A stretch of DNA of 64,000 nt from contig JBEKXW010000006.1 of the NCBI GenBank assembly GCA_049511615.1, forward strand, positions 5,672-69,671. Direction: 5' to 3'. Position 1 is the first letter of the stretch, and the number at the start of each line of letters is the position of its first letter. Shown here piece by piece: positions 50,168 through 61,009 of the stretch. The translations under genes were made by a program, and so were the position numbers. A model generated the notes under the pieces. That model searched no databases. It saw only the letters and a list, made by a program, of their open reading frames with translations, and was not told the DNA's origin. This DNA comes from Candidatus Dormibacteria bacterium. GTDB taxonomy: Bacteria > Chloroflexota > Dormibacteria > Aeolococcales > Aeolococcaceae.

Positions 50168-50911
50168 TCACACCCTCTGGGCGGCGCGCATCGGCGCCAG
50201 CGGACGGCGCTCGCGTCGAGGCGGCGTCAGGGGGACGTCGGTGGCTCGGGGGAGCGGATCCGGGAAACCCGCCTCGGCGAGAAGGCGCAGGGTGAGGGCC
50301 ACGTCCAGCCCGACGACGGTGTCGACCCGCCCGCTCACGGCCTCGACCAGGTCCCCTCCGCCTCCCTGGACCCCGTAGGCACCCGCCTTGTCGAGGGGCT
50401 CCCCGCTGGCGACGTAGGTGATCAGCTCCTGGTCGGAGAAGTCGCGCATCTTGACCAGCGAGCGCGAGACCGCGAGGGCCTCGATCTCGGTGCCGGCCCG
50501 CAACACGCACACCCCGGTGAGAACGGTGTGGCGGCGGCCGCGCAGCTCGGCCAGCATGCGCAGCGCCGCCTCGGGCGTGCCGGGCTTGCCGAGCGGGCCG
50601 CGCGGGCCGACCACCACGGTGTCGGCGGCGACCACGAAGCTCCCGGCCTCGACCCGCGCGGCGACCACCACAGCCTTCTGCCGGGCGAGGAGCTGGCAGC
50701 CGAGGTCGGCGCACATACCGGGGGGGAGCGGCGCATCCGGCGGAGGTTCGGCGACGGCGAAGCGGATCCCGGCCCGGGCGAGCAGCTCGCGCCGCCGCGG
50801 GCTGGAGGAGGCGAGCACGATGCGCACCGACGGTGCGCCCGGCACCGGCAGACCGGTGTGCCGGAATGGGGACGCCGCCCGGACGCCGGGCAGGTGCTCG
50901 TCTGGCTTCAT
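50168..50911 (-). CDS. maf: Maf-like nucleoside-triphosphate pyrophosphatase
   Basis: …ILASSSPRRRELL…; …KAGAYG.QG. Start chosen at MKPDEH. Confidence 0.75.
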   Translation of the reverse strand: MKPDEHLPGVRAASPFRHTGLPVPGAPSVRIVLASSSPRRRELLARAGIRFAVAEPPPDAPLPPGMCADLGCQLLARQKAVVVAARVEAGSFVVAADTVVVGPRGPLGKPGTPEAALRMLAELRGRRHTVLTGVCVLRAGTEIEALAVSRSLVKMRDFSDQELITYVASGEPLDKAGAYGVQGGGGDLVEAVSGRVDTVVGLDVALTLRLLAEAGFPDPLPRATDVPLTPPRRERRPLAPMRAAQRV

Positions 50912-51072
50912 GCGTCCCTCAGCCACGTGAGTGATATCTCGGTCCTCTCCCCCGCGTACGGCCCCACCCAGAACCGATCGTACCATCGGAGGCGGCGTCG
51001 TCCGAGCCCATGCGCAGCGATTGAGCTGATTGAATCAATTATTGTGGCACACGCCCCCCTGTCGCCACACTC

Positions 51073-51786
51073 TCAGCTCAGCGCGACTACGAGGGCGACC
51101 GCGGCAGGGACCACGGCGAGCACCCCGAGCGCGGGACCGGCAACCACCGGCAGACGGCGGGCAGCCCCGAGCAGCCCCGCGTACGCCACCACGGCGAGGG
51201 CGCCGAGCCCCGCCACCGCCACGGCCGGATGGTCGCCCAGGGGGGCGAAGCCGGCCAGCGAGAAGCAGACCAACCCGATCGCGGCGACCAGCGCCGCCCG
51301 GCCCACGCGCGACGTCCGCGGGTCGAAGGGCCGGACCACGGCGGGCAGCGCCATCAGGCTGGCGACGATCGCCCAGGGGCGCGCCGATCCCACCGGACCC
51401 CCGGCGGCCGCGAGGGTGCGCAGATCCAGGGTCAGGGCCGTCGAGGCGAGACCGAGGAGCGCGGCGACGGCCGCGCCCGCCGCCACCAGCCGGTGCCACG
51501 GCCACGTGTCCGCGGTTCTCCAGGCGATGCCAGCGGCGATGGCGGTCACGAGCGCGGCCAGGCTCACCCCGGTGGGCAGGCCGAAGAGCGGTGAGCCGGG
51601 AAGAGCGAGCAGCCCGCAGGCCGCGGTCACGCCGACCGCCGCCACCAGCTCGTCGAGCTGGGCGGGGCGGAGCCCGGACGGCATCCTCGCGGCGACGGCG
51701 ACCAGCAGGGCCACCGTGCCCGCATATGCGGCTCCGGGGAAGATGGCCAGGGCGACCACCGCGCTGAGGGCCGCGAGGGGGTTCAT
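51073..51786 (-). CDS. polytopic membrane protein, last gene of the five-gene membrane operon
   Basis: 237 aa, 6-7 transmembrane segments. ATGA overlap with the upstream gene. Confidence 0.5.
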   Translation of the reverse strand: MNPLAALSAVVALAIFPGAAYAGTVALLVAVAARMPSGLRPAQLDELVAAVGVTAACGLLALPGSPLFGLPTGVSLAALVTAIAAGIAWRTADTWPWHRLVAAGAAVAALLGLASTALTLDLRTLAAAGGPVGSARPWAIVASLMALPAVVRPFDPRTSRVGRAALVAAIGLVCFSLAGFAPLGDHPAVAVAGLGALAVVAYAGLLGAARRLPVVAGPALGVLAVVPAAVALVVALS

Positions 51787-53012
51787 GCGCTGGGCCCGAA
51801 GACGAGGTGGACGGCGCTCATGGGGAGCAGGCCGACCGCCAGCACGACCAGGGCGACCACCCAGGCGGCCACCACCCGGTGGTGGGGCGCGGGCGCCCCG
51901 CTGCCGGGCTCTCCGCGAGCGACGGTGACCACCGCCGCCACCGTCACCAGCCCTCCCGCGACCACACAGGGGGCGGCGGCGGCGGAGCCGAAGGCGACGC
52001 ACGCCTCGAGGATGAGGAAGCGTCCCCAGAAGGCGGGGGACGGGGGAAGCCCGCAGAGGGCGAGCCAGATCAGGCGGCGCGGGGAGCCGAGGCCCTGTCT
52101 CGGGCTCTGGAGCAGGATCGGAGCGGCCACCAGGTGGGTGAGGATGAGCACCAGGGCACCGGCCACGGCCGAGGGTTCCCCCGTGCCGACGCCGGCGGCG
52201 ACGAGGGCGAGATCGCCGAGGGCCACCCGGCCATAGCGGGTCGCGGGACCCGCACGGAGGCTCGCAATGCCGGCCCAGACCGCTCCGATCAGACCGCACG
52301 TCAGGATGGTGTGCTGAAAGGCGAGGCTCGCCAGGAGCGGGAGCTTCCCGGGGATGGAGAAGGCGCTGAGGAGGACGGCCGGCGCGAGGAGCAGCAGCCA
52401 GGTTGCGATCTCGGGAGCGCTCAGCTCGGCCAGGGCGCCGGAGGCCCACCCGCCGAGCGGCACCACCGCGGCGAGGGCGAGCACGCCGACCACCAGCAGC
52501 GCGCCGAGCAAGCCGAGCTGGGCGTCCGGGGAGACGGCCGGAAGCAGCAGGGCGGCCGCGATCAGGGCGGCGGCCCCGGTGCCGGCCACCCGTCCGGTGG
52601 CGAGGGTGGCGCGGCCCGGTGCCGCGTCGATCCAGCGGAGGCTGAGGGCGACGACGGCAAGCAGGGCCGCGACCCCGAAGAGCAGGGGCGACCCGGTCGA
52701 GAGGAGGAGCACCGTCGCCCCCCCGACGGTCCCGATCCCGAGCATCTCCCGACCGTCGAGGCGCTCGGCGAGGAGCAGGCAGATCCAGAGGGCCGCGGCC
52801 GCGGCGGAGAGGAGGCCGGCTCCCTCGCGGGGCAGCGACAGCCCCCCACCCCCGAGCTCGTCCGGACGCGCTCCGGCCTGGGCGGTGACGAGGCTGAGAG
52901 CCAGGAGAACGAGGGGCGCGATCAGGGCGACCGGGCGGCGGACGCGCACCGGGCAGAGGCCGGCCACGACCCCCATGCCCGCCCAGGCGGCCGCCAGCCA
53001 GGCGGCGCTCAC
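51783..53012 (-). CDS. polytopic membrane protein, weakly NuoN/MrpD (PF00361)-like
   Basis: About 12 transmembrane segments; C-terminal …LIWLALCGLPPSPAFWGRFLILEA… resembles antiporter-like subunit C-termini. GTG start at 53012 overlaps the upstream stop (GTGA). Confidence 0.45.
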   Translation of the reverse strand: MSAAWLAAAWAGMGVVAGLCPVRVRRPVALIAPLVLLALSLVTAQAGARPDELGGGGLSLPREGAGLLSAAAAALWICLLLAERLDGREMLGIGTVGGATVLLLSTGSPLLFGVAALLAVVALSLRWIDAAPGRATLATGRVAGTGAAALIAAALLLPAVSPDAQLGLLGALLVVGVLALAAVVPLGGWASGALAELSAPEIATWLLLLAPAVLLSAFSIPGKLPLLASLAFQHTILTCGLIGAVWAGIASLRAGPATRYGRVALGDLALVAAGVGTGEPSAVAGALVLILTHLVAAPILLQSPRQGLGSPRRLIWLALCGLPPSPAFWGRFLILEACVAFGSAAAAPCVVAGGLVTVAAVVTVARGEPGSGAPAPHHRVVAAWVVALVVLAVGLLPMSAVHLVFGPSA

Positions 53013-53641
53013 GGCCCCGTCACCGGGGCCGGCGGGCGGCGCCGGGACGCCAGCCAGCCCTCCAGCCCAGCTGCCAGCGGAGCGATGGCGATCACGCCGG
53101 CCGCGGCGGGAAGCGGATCGGTCCCTCCCCGGAGCACCCACCCCACACCCACCGCCAGGGCGATCACGGCCACCCCCACGGCGAGATCCGTGAAACTGCG
53201 GGCGAGGAAGACGCGGAGCACACCGCAGGTGAACACGAAGGCCACCGGGAAGAGCGCTCCCTGAACCACGGCGACCGAACCGACGGGCACGTTGAAGCTC
53301 ACCCACGATGCCGCGATCAGGGCGATGACGGCGCCGGCGACGCGCGCGCTCCGCGGCCCGAACAGCCCTTCGGGCGGCGCCTCCACCGGCTGGACCGGAT
53401 CCAGCCCCGGGCGCGGAGGCATCCGAGCGGCGACAAGTCCGGCCAGGGGGCCGGCGCCGGCGCCCGCGGCAGCGGCCCCGAGGACGAGCACCGCCGCCCA
53501 ACCACCGCCGTAGATGGCAGCGGCCGGAGAGAGGCCGAGGGCGACGGCGATGCAGGCCACCATGACCGCACGGCGCCGGTCGACGAGCACGGCGACGGCT
53601 CCGGCGGCGAAGGCGATGAGGTCGAGAAGTGGCTGGTTCAC
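53009..53641 (-). CDS. small polytopic membrane protein (210 aa)
   Basis: GTG start (VNQPLLDLIAF…) overlaps the upstream stop (GTGA). Confidence 0.45.
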   Translation of the reverse strand: MNQPLLDLIAFAAGAVAVLVDRRRAVMVACIAVALGLSPAAAIYGGGWAAVLVLGAAAAGAGAGPLAGLVAARMPPRPGLDPVQPVEAPPEGLFGPRSARVAGAVIALIAASWVSFNVPVGSVAVVQGALFPVAFVFTCGVLRVFLARSFTDLAVGVAVIALAVGVGWVLRGGTDPLPAAAGVIAIAPLAAGLEGWLASRRRPPAPVTGP

Positions 53642-55323
53642 AGGTAGTGGAAGCCGATGAGTGCGGCCAGGGCCACGATCACGGTGAAGAAGAGACGGGG
53701 CTGGGTGACCAGCCAGGTGTCGATCCGGGCGAGCCCTCGCCCGAGGTGACGTGCGGCTGGGCCGAGGGAACGGCGAGGGCCCACCAGGGCGAGCCAGGCA
53801 GGGCGTGGACGCGGCCCCTCTGCGCCATGCGCCGGGTGGGGGACGGGCCGGCCCATGAGCATCCCGGCGCTCGCGACCCCGACGAGGACGACCAGCAGCG
53901 CCAGGCTCAGATAACCGCCGGGCCACGATCCCCCCGGTCCGTGGAGCGTGGCGGGATCGATCGCGGCGGGGGCCGAGCTCCCCACCAGCGGACCGAGGAT
54001 CACCGTGCCCACGACCCCGGGTAGGAGCGCCGCCAGCGCCCCCAGGGCGAGGGCCAGGACGGCGTCGGGCCGCGGGAGGACGGTCCCGCTCGGGGCCTCG
54101 AGCTCTGCCCTCCCCTCCGCGGCCGTGGCGGCGGAGCCGAGGGCCTGCCGGGCCGCGACGAGCCCACCGGCTGCGGCCATGACCGCCGCCGCTCCGAGGG
54201 CGAGGAGCAGCGGCGCGTAGGCACGCCCGAGAGCGGCAACCGCCCCCAGCTCGAGGACTGCGGCGGTCGCCCCGAACCCGAGGGGCAATCCACCGGCGGC
54301 TGCCAGCGCGGTGGCCGCGAGCACGCGTCCAGGACGGCTGGGGCGGGTCGGCTGGCTCCAGGCGGGAGCCGCCAGCAGAGCCAGCTCCAGGGCCACCACC
54401 CCGGCCGCGAACCCACCGGCTCCGCCGGGCAGCCCGGCGACGGCGACCAGCGCGCCGGCCGAGACGGCGAGGAGGGCGCGGCCGGCGCGCCGCGACTCGT
54501 GCTGCCACCGCCAGGCGGCGACAGCGCCCCAGAGTGCCGCGGCCGCGCCGAAGGTTGCGAGGACGACGGTCAAGGCGGTCTCGCCAGCGCCACCGGTGGC
54601 GGCGTCGAGCCGGAGCAGGATGGCGGCGCCACAGGGGACCGCCCCGATGGCGAGCCAGCTCCGGGTGGAGCGCCCCCCCCCAGCCCCCGGCCACCAGCCG
54701 GCGGCGAGGAGGCGTCCCGCCCCGCCCAGGCCCCAGGGCAGTGCCACGGCGAGGCCGACCGCGCTCTGCGGAACCGCGTAGGGGTCGCTGGTCCCGGTGG
54801 CCACGATCAGCTCCACCGCCGCCAGGAGAAGTCCGAGCGCGAAGACGTGCTGGATCGTGAAGGCGGCGACCGCTCCCCGGCTGACGCGTCCGCGACCGGC
54901 CGATGCGAGCAGCAGACCGCCGAGGCTCGCTATCTCAGCGCCGCCGAAGAGGATCACCGCGTTGCCGGCCAGCGCGGCGAGGGCGGCGCCGGCGGCGGTC
55001 ACGAGCAGAGCCGCCTCCTCGCCGGGCTGCCGATCCGCGGCGCCGAGGGCGAAGAGGGTCGCCACCAGCGAGATCAGGACCAGCACCAGCCCGATCTGGT
55101 CGGCTCGCAGCGTCAGCGGCACTCCGGCCACCGCGTCGCCGAAGCTGGCGACCACCGGACCGCTCGAGGTGAGCGGAGCGATGCTGAGGGCCGCCCAGCC
55201 GGCCAGAACGAGGACCGTCGCCGCGACCAGCCGGCGCGTCGACCGCCACGGCGCAGGGAGGAGGAACGCGACCAGGGCTCCGGCCAGCAGCAGGCCGAGG
55301 ACCAGGACGGGCCGGTTCCCCAC
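53638..55323 (-). CDS. large polytopic membrane protein, weakly NuoL/M/MrpA-like
   Basis: About 14 transmembrane segments. A GTG start near 55323 is assumed; the ORF is open to 55593. Confidence 0.45.
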   Translation of the reverse strand: MGNRPVLVLGLLLAGALVAFLLPAPWRSTRRLVAATVLVLAGWAALSIAPLTSSGPVVASFGDAVAGVPLTLRADQIGLVLVLISLVATLFALGAADRQPGEEAALLVTAAGAALAALAGNAVILFGGAEIASLGGLLLASAGRGRVSRGAVAAFTIQHVFALGLLLAAVELIVATGTSDPYAVPQSAVGLAVALPWGLGGAGRLLAAGWWPGAGGGRSTRSWLAIGAVPCGAAILLRLDAATGGAGETALTVVLATFGAAAALWGAVAAWRWQHESRRAGRALLAVSAGALVAVAGLPGGAGGFAAGVVALELALLAAPAWSQPTRPSRPGRVLAATALAAAGGLPLGFGATAAVLELGAVAALGRAYAPLLLALGAAAVMAAAGGLVAARQALGSAATAAEGRAELEAPSGTVLPRPDAVLALALGALAALLPGVVGTVILGPLVGSSAPAAIDPATLHGPGGSWPGGYLSLALLVVLVGVASAGMLMGRPVPHPAHGAEGPRPRPAWLALVGPRRSLGPAARHLGRGLARIDTWLVTQPRLFFTVIVALAALIGFHYL

Positions 55324-55381
55324 GCTCAGCAACGGCGCGGTCCCCCGTCGGCGTCCCGGAGGTCGGGCATCAGCGCCCCAC

Positions 55382-55873
55382 TCAGTGCGGGGCGGCGGAC
55401 CTGGGGTGGGCCTGGGGCAGGGTGTGAACGCCCACCTCCCCCGCGCAGTACGGGCAGACCGGCCAGCCCAACCGCAGCCTCCGCTCGCAGACGGCACACC
55501 GGCGGGCGAACTGGGTGCGGCAGTACGGGCAGATGACGAACTCCTCCTCGATGTCACGCCCGCAGGTCGGGCAGGGACGCGTCTCCGGGGCACCGGTGGC
55601 GGGCTCGGCGAGGATCTGCTGCTCGAGTGTCGCCGCCCGCTCCTCGTCCAGGGTCCGCGGCGGACGGATCACCAGGTAGATCAGCGCGCCCAGGAAGGGC
55701 GGGATGAAGGCGAGCAGGAAGGCGAAGATCGCGAAGAGGATCGAGTCCGAGCGGCGTCGCGCGTCCCGCACCACGTTGTAGGCCAGCGCCACCAGGAGCA
55801 GGGCGACGTAGAGCGCGATCAGAGCGATCCCGAGGTAGAGGAGGGTGCTGCCGGTGTCGGCGAGGAGTGTCAT
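55382..55873 (-). CDS. membrane protein with a C-terminal double zinc ribbon
   Basis: Two N-terminal transmembrane segments, then CPTCG…CPYC and CAVCE…CPYCAG. Its ATG immediately follows the valS stop. Confidence 0.6.
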   Translation of the reverse strand: MTLLADTGSTLLYLGIALIALYVALLLVALAYNVVRDARRRSDSILFAIFAFLLAFIPPFLGALIYLVIRPPRTLDEERAATLEQQILAEPATGAPETRPCPTCGRDIEEEFVICPYCRTQFARRCAVCERRLRLGWPVCPYCAGEVGVHTLPQAHPRSAAPH

Positions 55874-58503
55874 TCGGGGATCCCCAAACGGCGGCGCAGG
55901 GTCTGCGCCTGCAACTCCGCCTCGCGGAGATGGTCGGTGGTGTTCTGGACCACGCCTTCGGGGGCACGTTCCCGGAACGCGGCGTTGGCGAGCTGGGCGC
56001 GGAGCCGGTCCATCTGGCGTTCGACGTCGGCGAGCTGCCGGTGCAGCCGCTCCTCGCCCCCGCCTGCGCCCAGGCGGAGCTCGGCCTCGAGGCTGCCGGC
56101 GATCACCAGCTGAGCCCCATCCTCCTCCGCGGCGGCCACCCCCCCGTCGCCGTCCACGACCCGGACTTTGACGAGCGCCTCGAGGATCCGGCGGCGATCA
56201 CCGTGGGCGAGGGTCGGGTTGCCGCCCCGGACGGCCACCGGGTGACGGGTGCTGTCGGCCGCGCTGATGCCCGCCTCCTGGCGCCGGGCGCGGAGCTGGC
56301 CGACCAGCTCCAGCAGCTCGTCGACACCGTCGCGCTGGCCGGCCCCCGACCGGTCGGCCCACGCCTTCTGGAGGGTGGGCCAGGGCCGGCGCTGCAGCGT
56401 GGGGGCCGCCTCGGGGAGCCGCTGGGCGCACTCCTCGGTGACGAAGGGCATGAAGGGATGGAGCAGCCGGAGCATGGAGTCCAGGACGGTGACGGCGGTC
56501 GCCGCCGCCGCTTCCCTGCCCTGGCCATCCCGAAGCCGCACCTTCACGATCTCCATGTAGTCGGAGCAGAAATCCTGCCAGATCGCGCTGTACAAGCGTT
56601 CCATGGCGTCGTGGAAGCGGAACTGGACCATGGCCTGGTCGACGGCGATCACGGCGTCGGAGAGCCGCCCCAGGATCCAGCGGTCCTCGGCCAGCAGGGA
56701 CTCCCCGGGAACCGTCGCGGGCCGTGTCGCGATCCGCTCGCCGTCGCCGAGTGCCGTGACCAGAAGCCGGGTGACGTTCCAGAGCTTGTTGGCGAAGCGC
56801 TGGTAGCTGGCGACCCGCTCCTCGTCGTAGCGGACGTCCTGGCCGCTCGTGCCCACCGCCCCGGCCCAGGCCCGGATGGCATCGGCCCCGTAGCGCTCGA
56901 TGATGTCCAGGGGATCGACGGCGTTGCCCCGCGACTTCTGCATCCGCGTGCCGTCGCGGGCCATGATGGTCGAGGTGATGATCACGTCGCCGAACGGCTT
57001 GGCGCCCGCGAACCGGAGGCCGGTCATGATCATCCGGGCCACCCAGAGGTTGATGATCTCCCGCGCCGTCACCAGGACCTGGGTGGGGTAGAAGCGGCGC
57101 AGGTCGCCGGTCTGCTCCGGCCAGCCGAAGATCGCAAACGGCCAGAGGGCGCTCGAGAACCAGGTGTCCAGGACGTCGGGATCGTGCTGGAGCTGGTCGC
57201 TGCCGCAGCGTGGGCAGCTCCGCGGCGGCTCCACCCAGGCGAAGCGGTGACCCTCGCCGCAGGTGCTCACCGGGATGGCATGGCCGAGCCAGATCTGGCG
57301 GCTGATGCACCAGTCCCGGATGCCCCGCATCCAGGTGAGGTACTGGTCCCGGTACCGCTCGGGATGGAAGGCGACCTCGCCCCTCTCGACCACCGCGATG
57401 GCGGGGGCGGCCAGGCTTGGCATCCGCACCCACCACTGCTCGCTGACCAGCGGTTCGATGACGTGGTGGCAGCGGTCGCAGTGGCTGACCTCGTGAACGT
57501 AAGGCTCCTCACCCACCACCGCCCCCTGCTCGCGGAGGGCCGCGGTGACCTCGTCACGGGCGCTCTCCACCGGGAGGCCGTGGAAGCGGGGAAGCGCGCG
57601 TACGTCCATGGTCCCGTCGGGTGCGATCACGGTGATGATGGGAAGGCGGTGGCGGGTCCCGATCTCGTAGTCGGTGGGATCGTGGCCGGGGGTCACCTTG
57701 AGGGCGCCGGTGCCGAAGTCCATCTCCACCGACGCATCGGCGATGATCGGCACCCGCCGGCCGGTGAGCGGGAGGATCACGTGACCGCCCACCAGGTGTC
57801 GGTAGCGGGGATCCTCGGGGTTCACCGCCACCGCGCTGTCACCCAGCATGGTCTCGGGACGCACCGTGGCCACCACCACCTCGCCTCCGCCCTCGACCGG
57901 ATAGCGCAGGCGGGTCAGGGTGTCGTGATGCTCGACCCATTCGACCTCCTCATCGCTGATGGCGCTGCGATCGTGAGGGCACCAGTTGACGATCCGGGGA
58001 CCGCGGTAGATCAGCCCCTCGTCGAAAAGGGCTTTGAAGACGGTGCGGATCGCGCGCACGTATGGTTCATCGAGGGTGAAGCGCGAGCGCGACCAATCGC
58101 AGGTGAAGCCGAGCCGGCGCATCTGGTCGTAGATGCGACCACCGCACTCCTCGTACCAGGCGTCGACCCGGGCCTGGAATGCCGCCCTGCCGATCGCCTC
58201 ACGGCTGGTGCCCTCGGCGATCAGCTGGCGCTCGATCACCGCGTTGGTGGCGATGGCCGCGTGGTCCGTGCCCGGGCACCACTCCACCTCGGCACCCTTC
58301 ATCCGCCAGTGGCGGGCCAGGGTGTCCTGCACCGAGGAGCCCATCGCGTGGCCCATGTGGAGCGGGGCGGTGATGTTCGGGGGCGGCAGAGCGATGGTGA
58401 AGCTGGGACGGTTGGAGGCGGCGTCCGCCCGACCCACCCCCAGCTCCTCCCAGCGACGGCGCCAGCGCGGCTCCACCTCCACCGGGTCGAACTTCGGTTC
58501 CAT
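55870..58503 (-). CDS. valS: valine--tRNA ligase
   Basis: HMGH, anticodon-binding domain, KMSKS-like RMQKSRGN, C-terminal coiled coil. Confidence 0.95.
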   Translation of the reverse strand: MEPKFDPVEVEPRWRRRWEELGVGRADAASNRPSFTIALPPPNITAPLHMGHAMGSSVQDTLARHWRMKGAEVEWCPGTDHAAIATNAVIERQLIAEGTSREAIGRAAFQARVDAWYEECGGRIYDQMRRLGFTCDWSRSRFTLDEPYVRAIRTVFKALFDEGLIYRGPRIVNWCPHDRSAISDEEVEWVEHHDTLTRLRYPVEGGGEVVVATVRPETMLGDSAVAVNPEDPRYRHLVGGHVILPLTGRRVPIIADASVEMDFGTGALKVTPGHDPTDYEIGTRHRLPIITVIAPDGTMDVRALPRFHGLPVESARDEVTAALREQGAVVGEEPYVHEVSHCDRCHHVIEPLVSEQWWVRMPSLAAPAIAVVERGEVAFHPERYRDQYLTWMRGIRDWCISRQIWLGHAIPVSTCGEGHRFAWVEPPRSCPRCGSDQLQHDPDVLDTWFSSALWPFAIFGWPEQTGDLRRFYPTQVLVTAREIINLWVARMIMTGLRFAGAKPFGDVIITSTIMARDGTRMQKSRGNAVDPLDIIERYGADAIRAWAGAVGTSGQDVRYDEERVASYQRFANKLWNVTRLLVTALGDGERIATRPATVPGESLLAEDRWILGRLSDAVIAVDQAMVQFRFHDAMERLYSAIWQDFCSDYMEIVKVRLRDGQGREAAAATAVTVLDSMLRLLHPFMPFVTEECAQRLPEAAPTLQRRPWPTLQKAWADRSGAGQRDGVDELLELVGQLRARRQEAGISAADSTRHPVAVRGGNPTLAHGDRRRILEALVKVRVVDGDGGVAAAEEDGAQLVIAGSLEAELRLGAGGGEERLHRQLADVERQMDRLRAQLANAAFRERAPEGVVQNTTDHLREAELQAQTLRRRLGIPE

Positions 58504-58577
58504 GGGTGGCCCGAAGTATACGGGCCTGGCTCCGGGGGGATGCCGGGCCGCGTGGCGCGCGTCGCTCGGCGCCGCCG

Positions 58578-59879
58578 TCAGGCGGACTGATCGGCGACCG
58601 CCTCCTGTCCGCCCTCCGCCTCCGCCGCGCCGCGCCGCGGCTCCTCGGTGAGGAGCAGCGGCTCCACCCCCTCGAGGATCGACTGCTCGGTGATGACACA
58701 GCGCTTGATGTCAGGACGGCTCGGGACCTCGAACATGCTGTTGAGCAGGACGTCCTCGATGATCGACTTCAGGCCGCGCGCTCCCGTGCCACGCGCCAGG
58801 GCACGCTTGGCGATCGCCCGCAGCGCCCCCTCGTTGAAGGCGAGCTCGACGTCATCCAGGGCAAAGAACTTCTGATACTGCTTGACGAAGGCGTTCTTGG
58901 GCTCGGTGAGGATGCGGACGACATCGTCCTCGTCCAGGTAGTCGAGGGTGACCACGATGGGCAGCCGTCCGACGAACTCCGGTATCAGCCCGTACTTGAG
59001 GAGGTCCTCGGGCTGCAGCTCACGGAGCAGCTTGGTCGACTCCTTGGTCCGGGCCCGCTTGAGCGGTTCGCTGGTGAAGCCGATGGCCCTGCGCCCGGTG
59101 CGGTGCTCGATGATCTTCTCCAGACCGTCGAAGGCGCCTCCGCAGACGAAGAGGATGTTGGTGGTGTTGATCTGGATGAAGTCCTGGTGGGGATGCTTGC
59201 GTCCACCCTGGGGTGGCACGTTGGCCACCGTCCCCTCCAGAATCTTGAGCAGAGCCTGCTGGACGCCCTCACCGCTGACGTCGCGGGTGATCGAGGGATT
59301 GTCGGCCTTGCGCGCTATCTTGTCGATCTCATCGATGTAGATGATGCCGCGCTCGGCACGGGCGATGTCGAAGTCCGCCGCCTGGATGAGCCGGAGCAGG
59401 ATGTTCTCGACGTCCTCCCCCACGTAGCCGGCCTCGGTCAGACTGGTCGCGTCGGCGATGCTGAAGGGGACGTCGATGATCTTGGCAAGTGTCTGCGCCA
59501 GCAGGGTCTTGCCGCAGCCGGTCGGGCCCACCAGCAGGACGTTGGACTTCTGGAGCTCGATGTCGCTGTTGGCCTTGCTGTTGGCGATCCGCCGGAAGTG
59601 GTTGTAGACGGCGACGGAGAGGACCTTCTTGGCGTGCTCCTGCCCCACCACGTGCTGGTCGAGGGAGGCCATGATCACCTGCGGCGTCGGCATCATCCCC
59701 GACTTGACCCGCTTCTGCGAGGTCGAGCGGTTGTCCTCCTCGAGAACCTCCTGGCAGAGGTCGATGCACTGGTCGCAGATGTAGACGCCCGGGCCCGCGA
59801 CCAGCTTCCGAACCTGCTCCTGCCCCTTGCCGCAGAAGGAGCAGCGGGTGTGCCGGCGCCGATCCTCGCGGTCGGTCAT
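58578..59879 (-). CDS. clpX: ATP-dependent Clp protease ATP-binding subunit ClpX
   Basis: Zinc finger CSFCGK…[18 protein letters not shown]. Confidence 0.95.
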   Translation of the reverse strand: MTDREDRRRHTRCSFCGKGQEQVRKLVAGPGVYICDQCIDLCQEVLEEDNRSTSQKRVKSGMMPTPQVIMASLDQHVVGQEHAKKVLSVAVYNHFRRIANSKANSDIELQKSNVLLVGPTGCGKTLLAQTLAKIIDVPFSIADATSLTEAGYVGEDVENILLRLIQAADFDIARAERGIIYIDEIDKIARKADNPSITRDVSGEGVQQALLKILEGTVANVPPQGGRKHPHQDFIQINTTNILFVCGGAFDGLEKIIEHRTGRRAIGFTSEPLKRARTKESTKLLRELQPEDLLKYGLIPEFVGRLPIVVTLDYLDEDDVVRILTEPKNAFVKQYQKFFALDDVELAFNEGALRAIAKRALARGTGARGLKSIIEDVLLNSMFEVPSRPDIKRCVITEQSILEGVEPLLLTEEPRRGAAEAEGGQEAVADQSA

Positions 59880-59902
59880 GTCCTCACCCGCATGGCGTGC
59901 CC

Positions 59903-60598
59903 CTAGCGGGCGGCAGCGCCGCCCCCGGCCGCGGGCCCGCCGCTCGCGTCGCCGCGGGCCGTGCTCGCACCGTTGCCGCCGGCCCCCCGCAGCGAGGACC
60001 CGTCGCCACTGCTCTTGGGCCGGGCCTGGATGATCTCGTCGATCAGGCCGTAGTCCTTGGCCTCCTCGGCGCTCATGAAGAAGTCTCGATCCGAGTCCCG
60101 GTGCACGACCTCGATGCTCTTGCCGGTGTGATGGGCGAGGATCTCGTCGATGCGGCGGCTGACCCGGAGGATCTCCTGGGCGTGAATCTGGATGTCGGCC
60201 GCCTGCCCGCTGAAACCGCCGCTGGCCTGGTGGATCAGCACCCGGGTGTTGGGAAGGGAGTGGCGGAGACCGTGTGCCCCCCCGGCGAGCAGGACCGCGG
60301 CCATGGACGCCGCCAGGCCCATGCAGATGGTGCCCACGCGCGCCTCGACGTACTGCATGGTGTCGTAGATGGCGAGGCCGGCATACACCGACCCACCTGG
60401 CGAGTTGATGTACAGCCAGATGTCCTTCTCGGGGTCCTCGCCGGCGAGGAAGAGGAGCTGGGCCATGACCACGTTGGCCACCTGGTCGTCGATGGGGGTG
60501 CCGATGAAGATGATCCGGTCCTTGAGCAGTCGGGAGTAGATGTCCATCCCGCGCTCACCCCGGTTGGTGGTCTCGATGACGTAGGGGATCAGGGTCAT
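59903..60598 (-). CDS. clpP: ATP-dependent Clp protease proteolytic subunit, with a Gly/Ala-rich C-terminal tail
   Basis: …[18 protein letters not shown]… with Ser-His-Asp context. Start chosen at MTLIPY. Confidence 0.9.
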   Translation of the reverse strand: MTLIPYVIETTNRGERGMDIYSRLLKDRIIFIGTPIDDQVANVVMAQLLFLAGEDPEKDIWLYINSPGGSVYAGLAIYDTMQYVEARVGTICMGLAASMAAVLLAGGAHGLRHSLPNTRVLIHQASGGFSGQAADIQIHAQEILRVSRRIDEILAHHTGKSIEVVHRDSDRDFFMSAEEAKDYGLIDEIIQARPKSSGDGSSLRGAGGNGASTARGDASGGPAAGGGAAAR

Positions 60599-60741
60599 TG
60601 CCAGGCCAGTATACCCACGGGCCGTCGCCGTGCCCTCCGCGGTGAATCGCACCCCGGTCGAGCTCCGGCGGCACGCCGCGCAGGGCACCGTCCCGCCGCC
60701 TCCACCGGTGGTCTGAGCCGGCTCCGATGCCAGGATATTGC

Positions 60742-60772
60742 TGATACTGATGATATCATGTATATTGATACT
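60742..60772. promoter_or_regulatory. AT-rich element with a TGATACT direct repeat flanking the perfect palindrome ATGATATCAT; candidate operator/promoter in the clpP-divergent intergenic region
   Basis: A sharp GC drop (about 25% GC versus about 72% background). It lies 145-175 bp upstream of the clpP start and 40-70 bp upstream of the divergent small ORF. Confidence 0.4.
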
Positions 60773-60811
60773 CCCGGCTGGGAACGGCGAAAGGTGGGAG
60801 GGAGTTCGGAC

Positions 60812-61009
60812 ATGGCCCGCAGGTACAAGCCCGTCGAGCTGCCGCTGCGCAGGGTGCCCATCGACCTGGCGGAGGAACGTGCGCGCTGCCCGGTCTGCGA
60901 CGACCGCGATTCCGGGGTCATCGGCCGGCTCGGGCTGCGCCTGGTCTTCCGGTGCGAGCGCTGCCGGGTGCGCTTCTACCGGCCCTCGGCCGCGCTGCGG
61001 TTCGGCTGA
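60812..61009 (+). CDS. small (65 aa) zinc-ribbon protein, hypothetical
   Basis: CPVC…CERC four-Cys ribbon. GGAGG-type ribosome-binding site (gggaggg) 6-8 nt upstream of the ATG. Convergent with tig. Confidence 0.4.
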   Translation: MARRYKPVELPLRRVPIDLAEERARCPVCDDRDSGVIGRLGLRLVFRCERCRVRFYRPSAALRFG

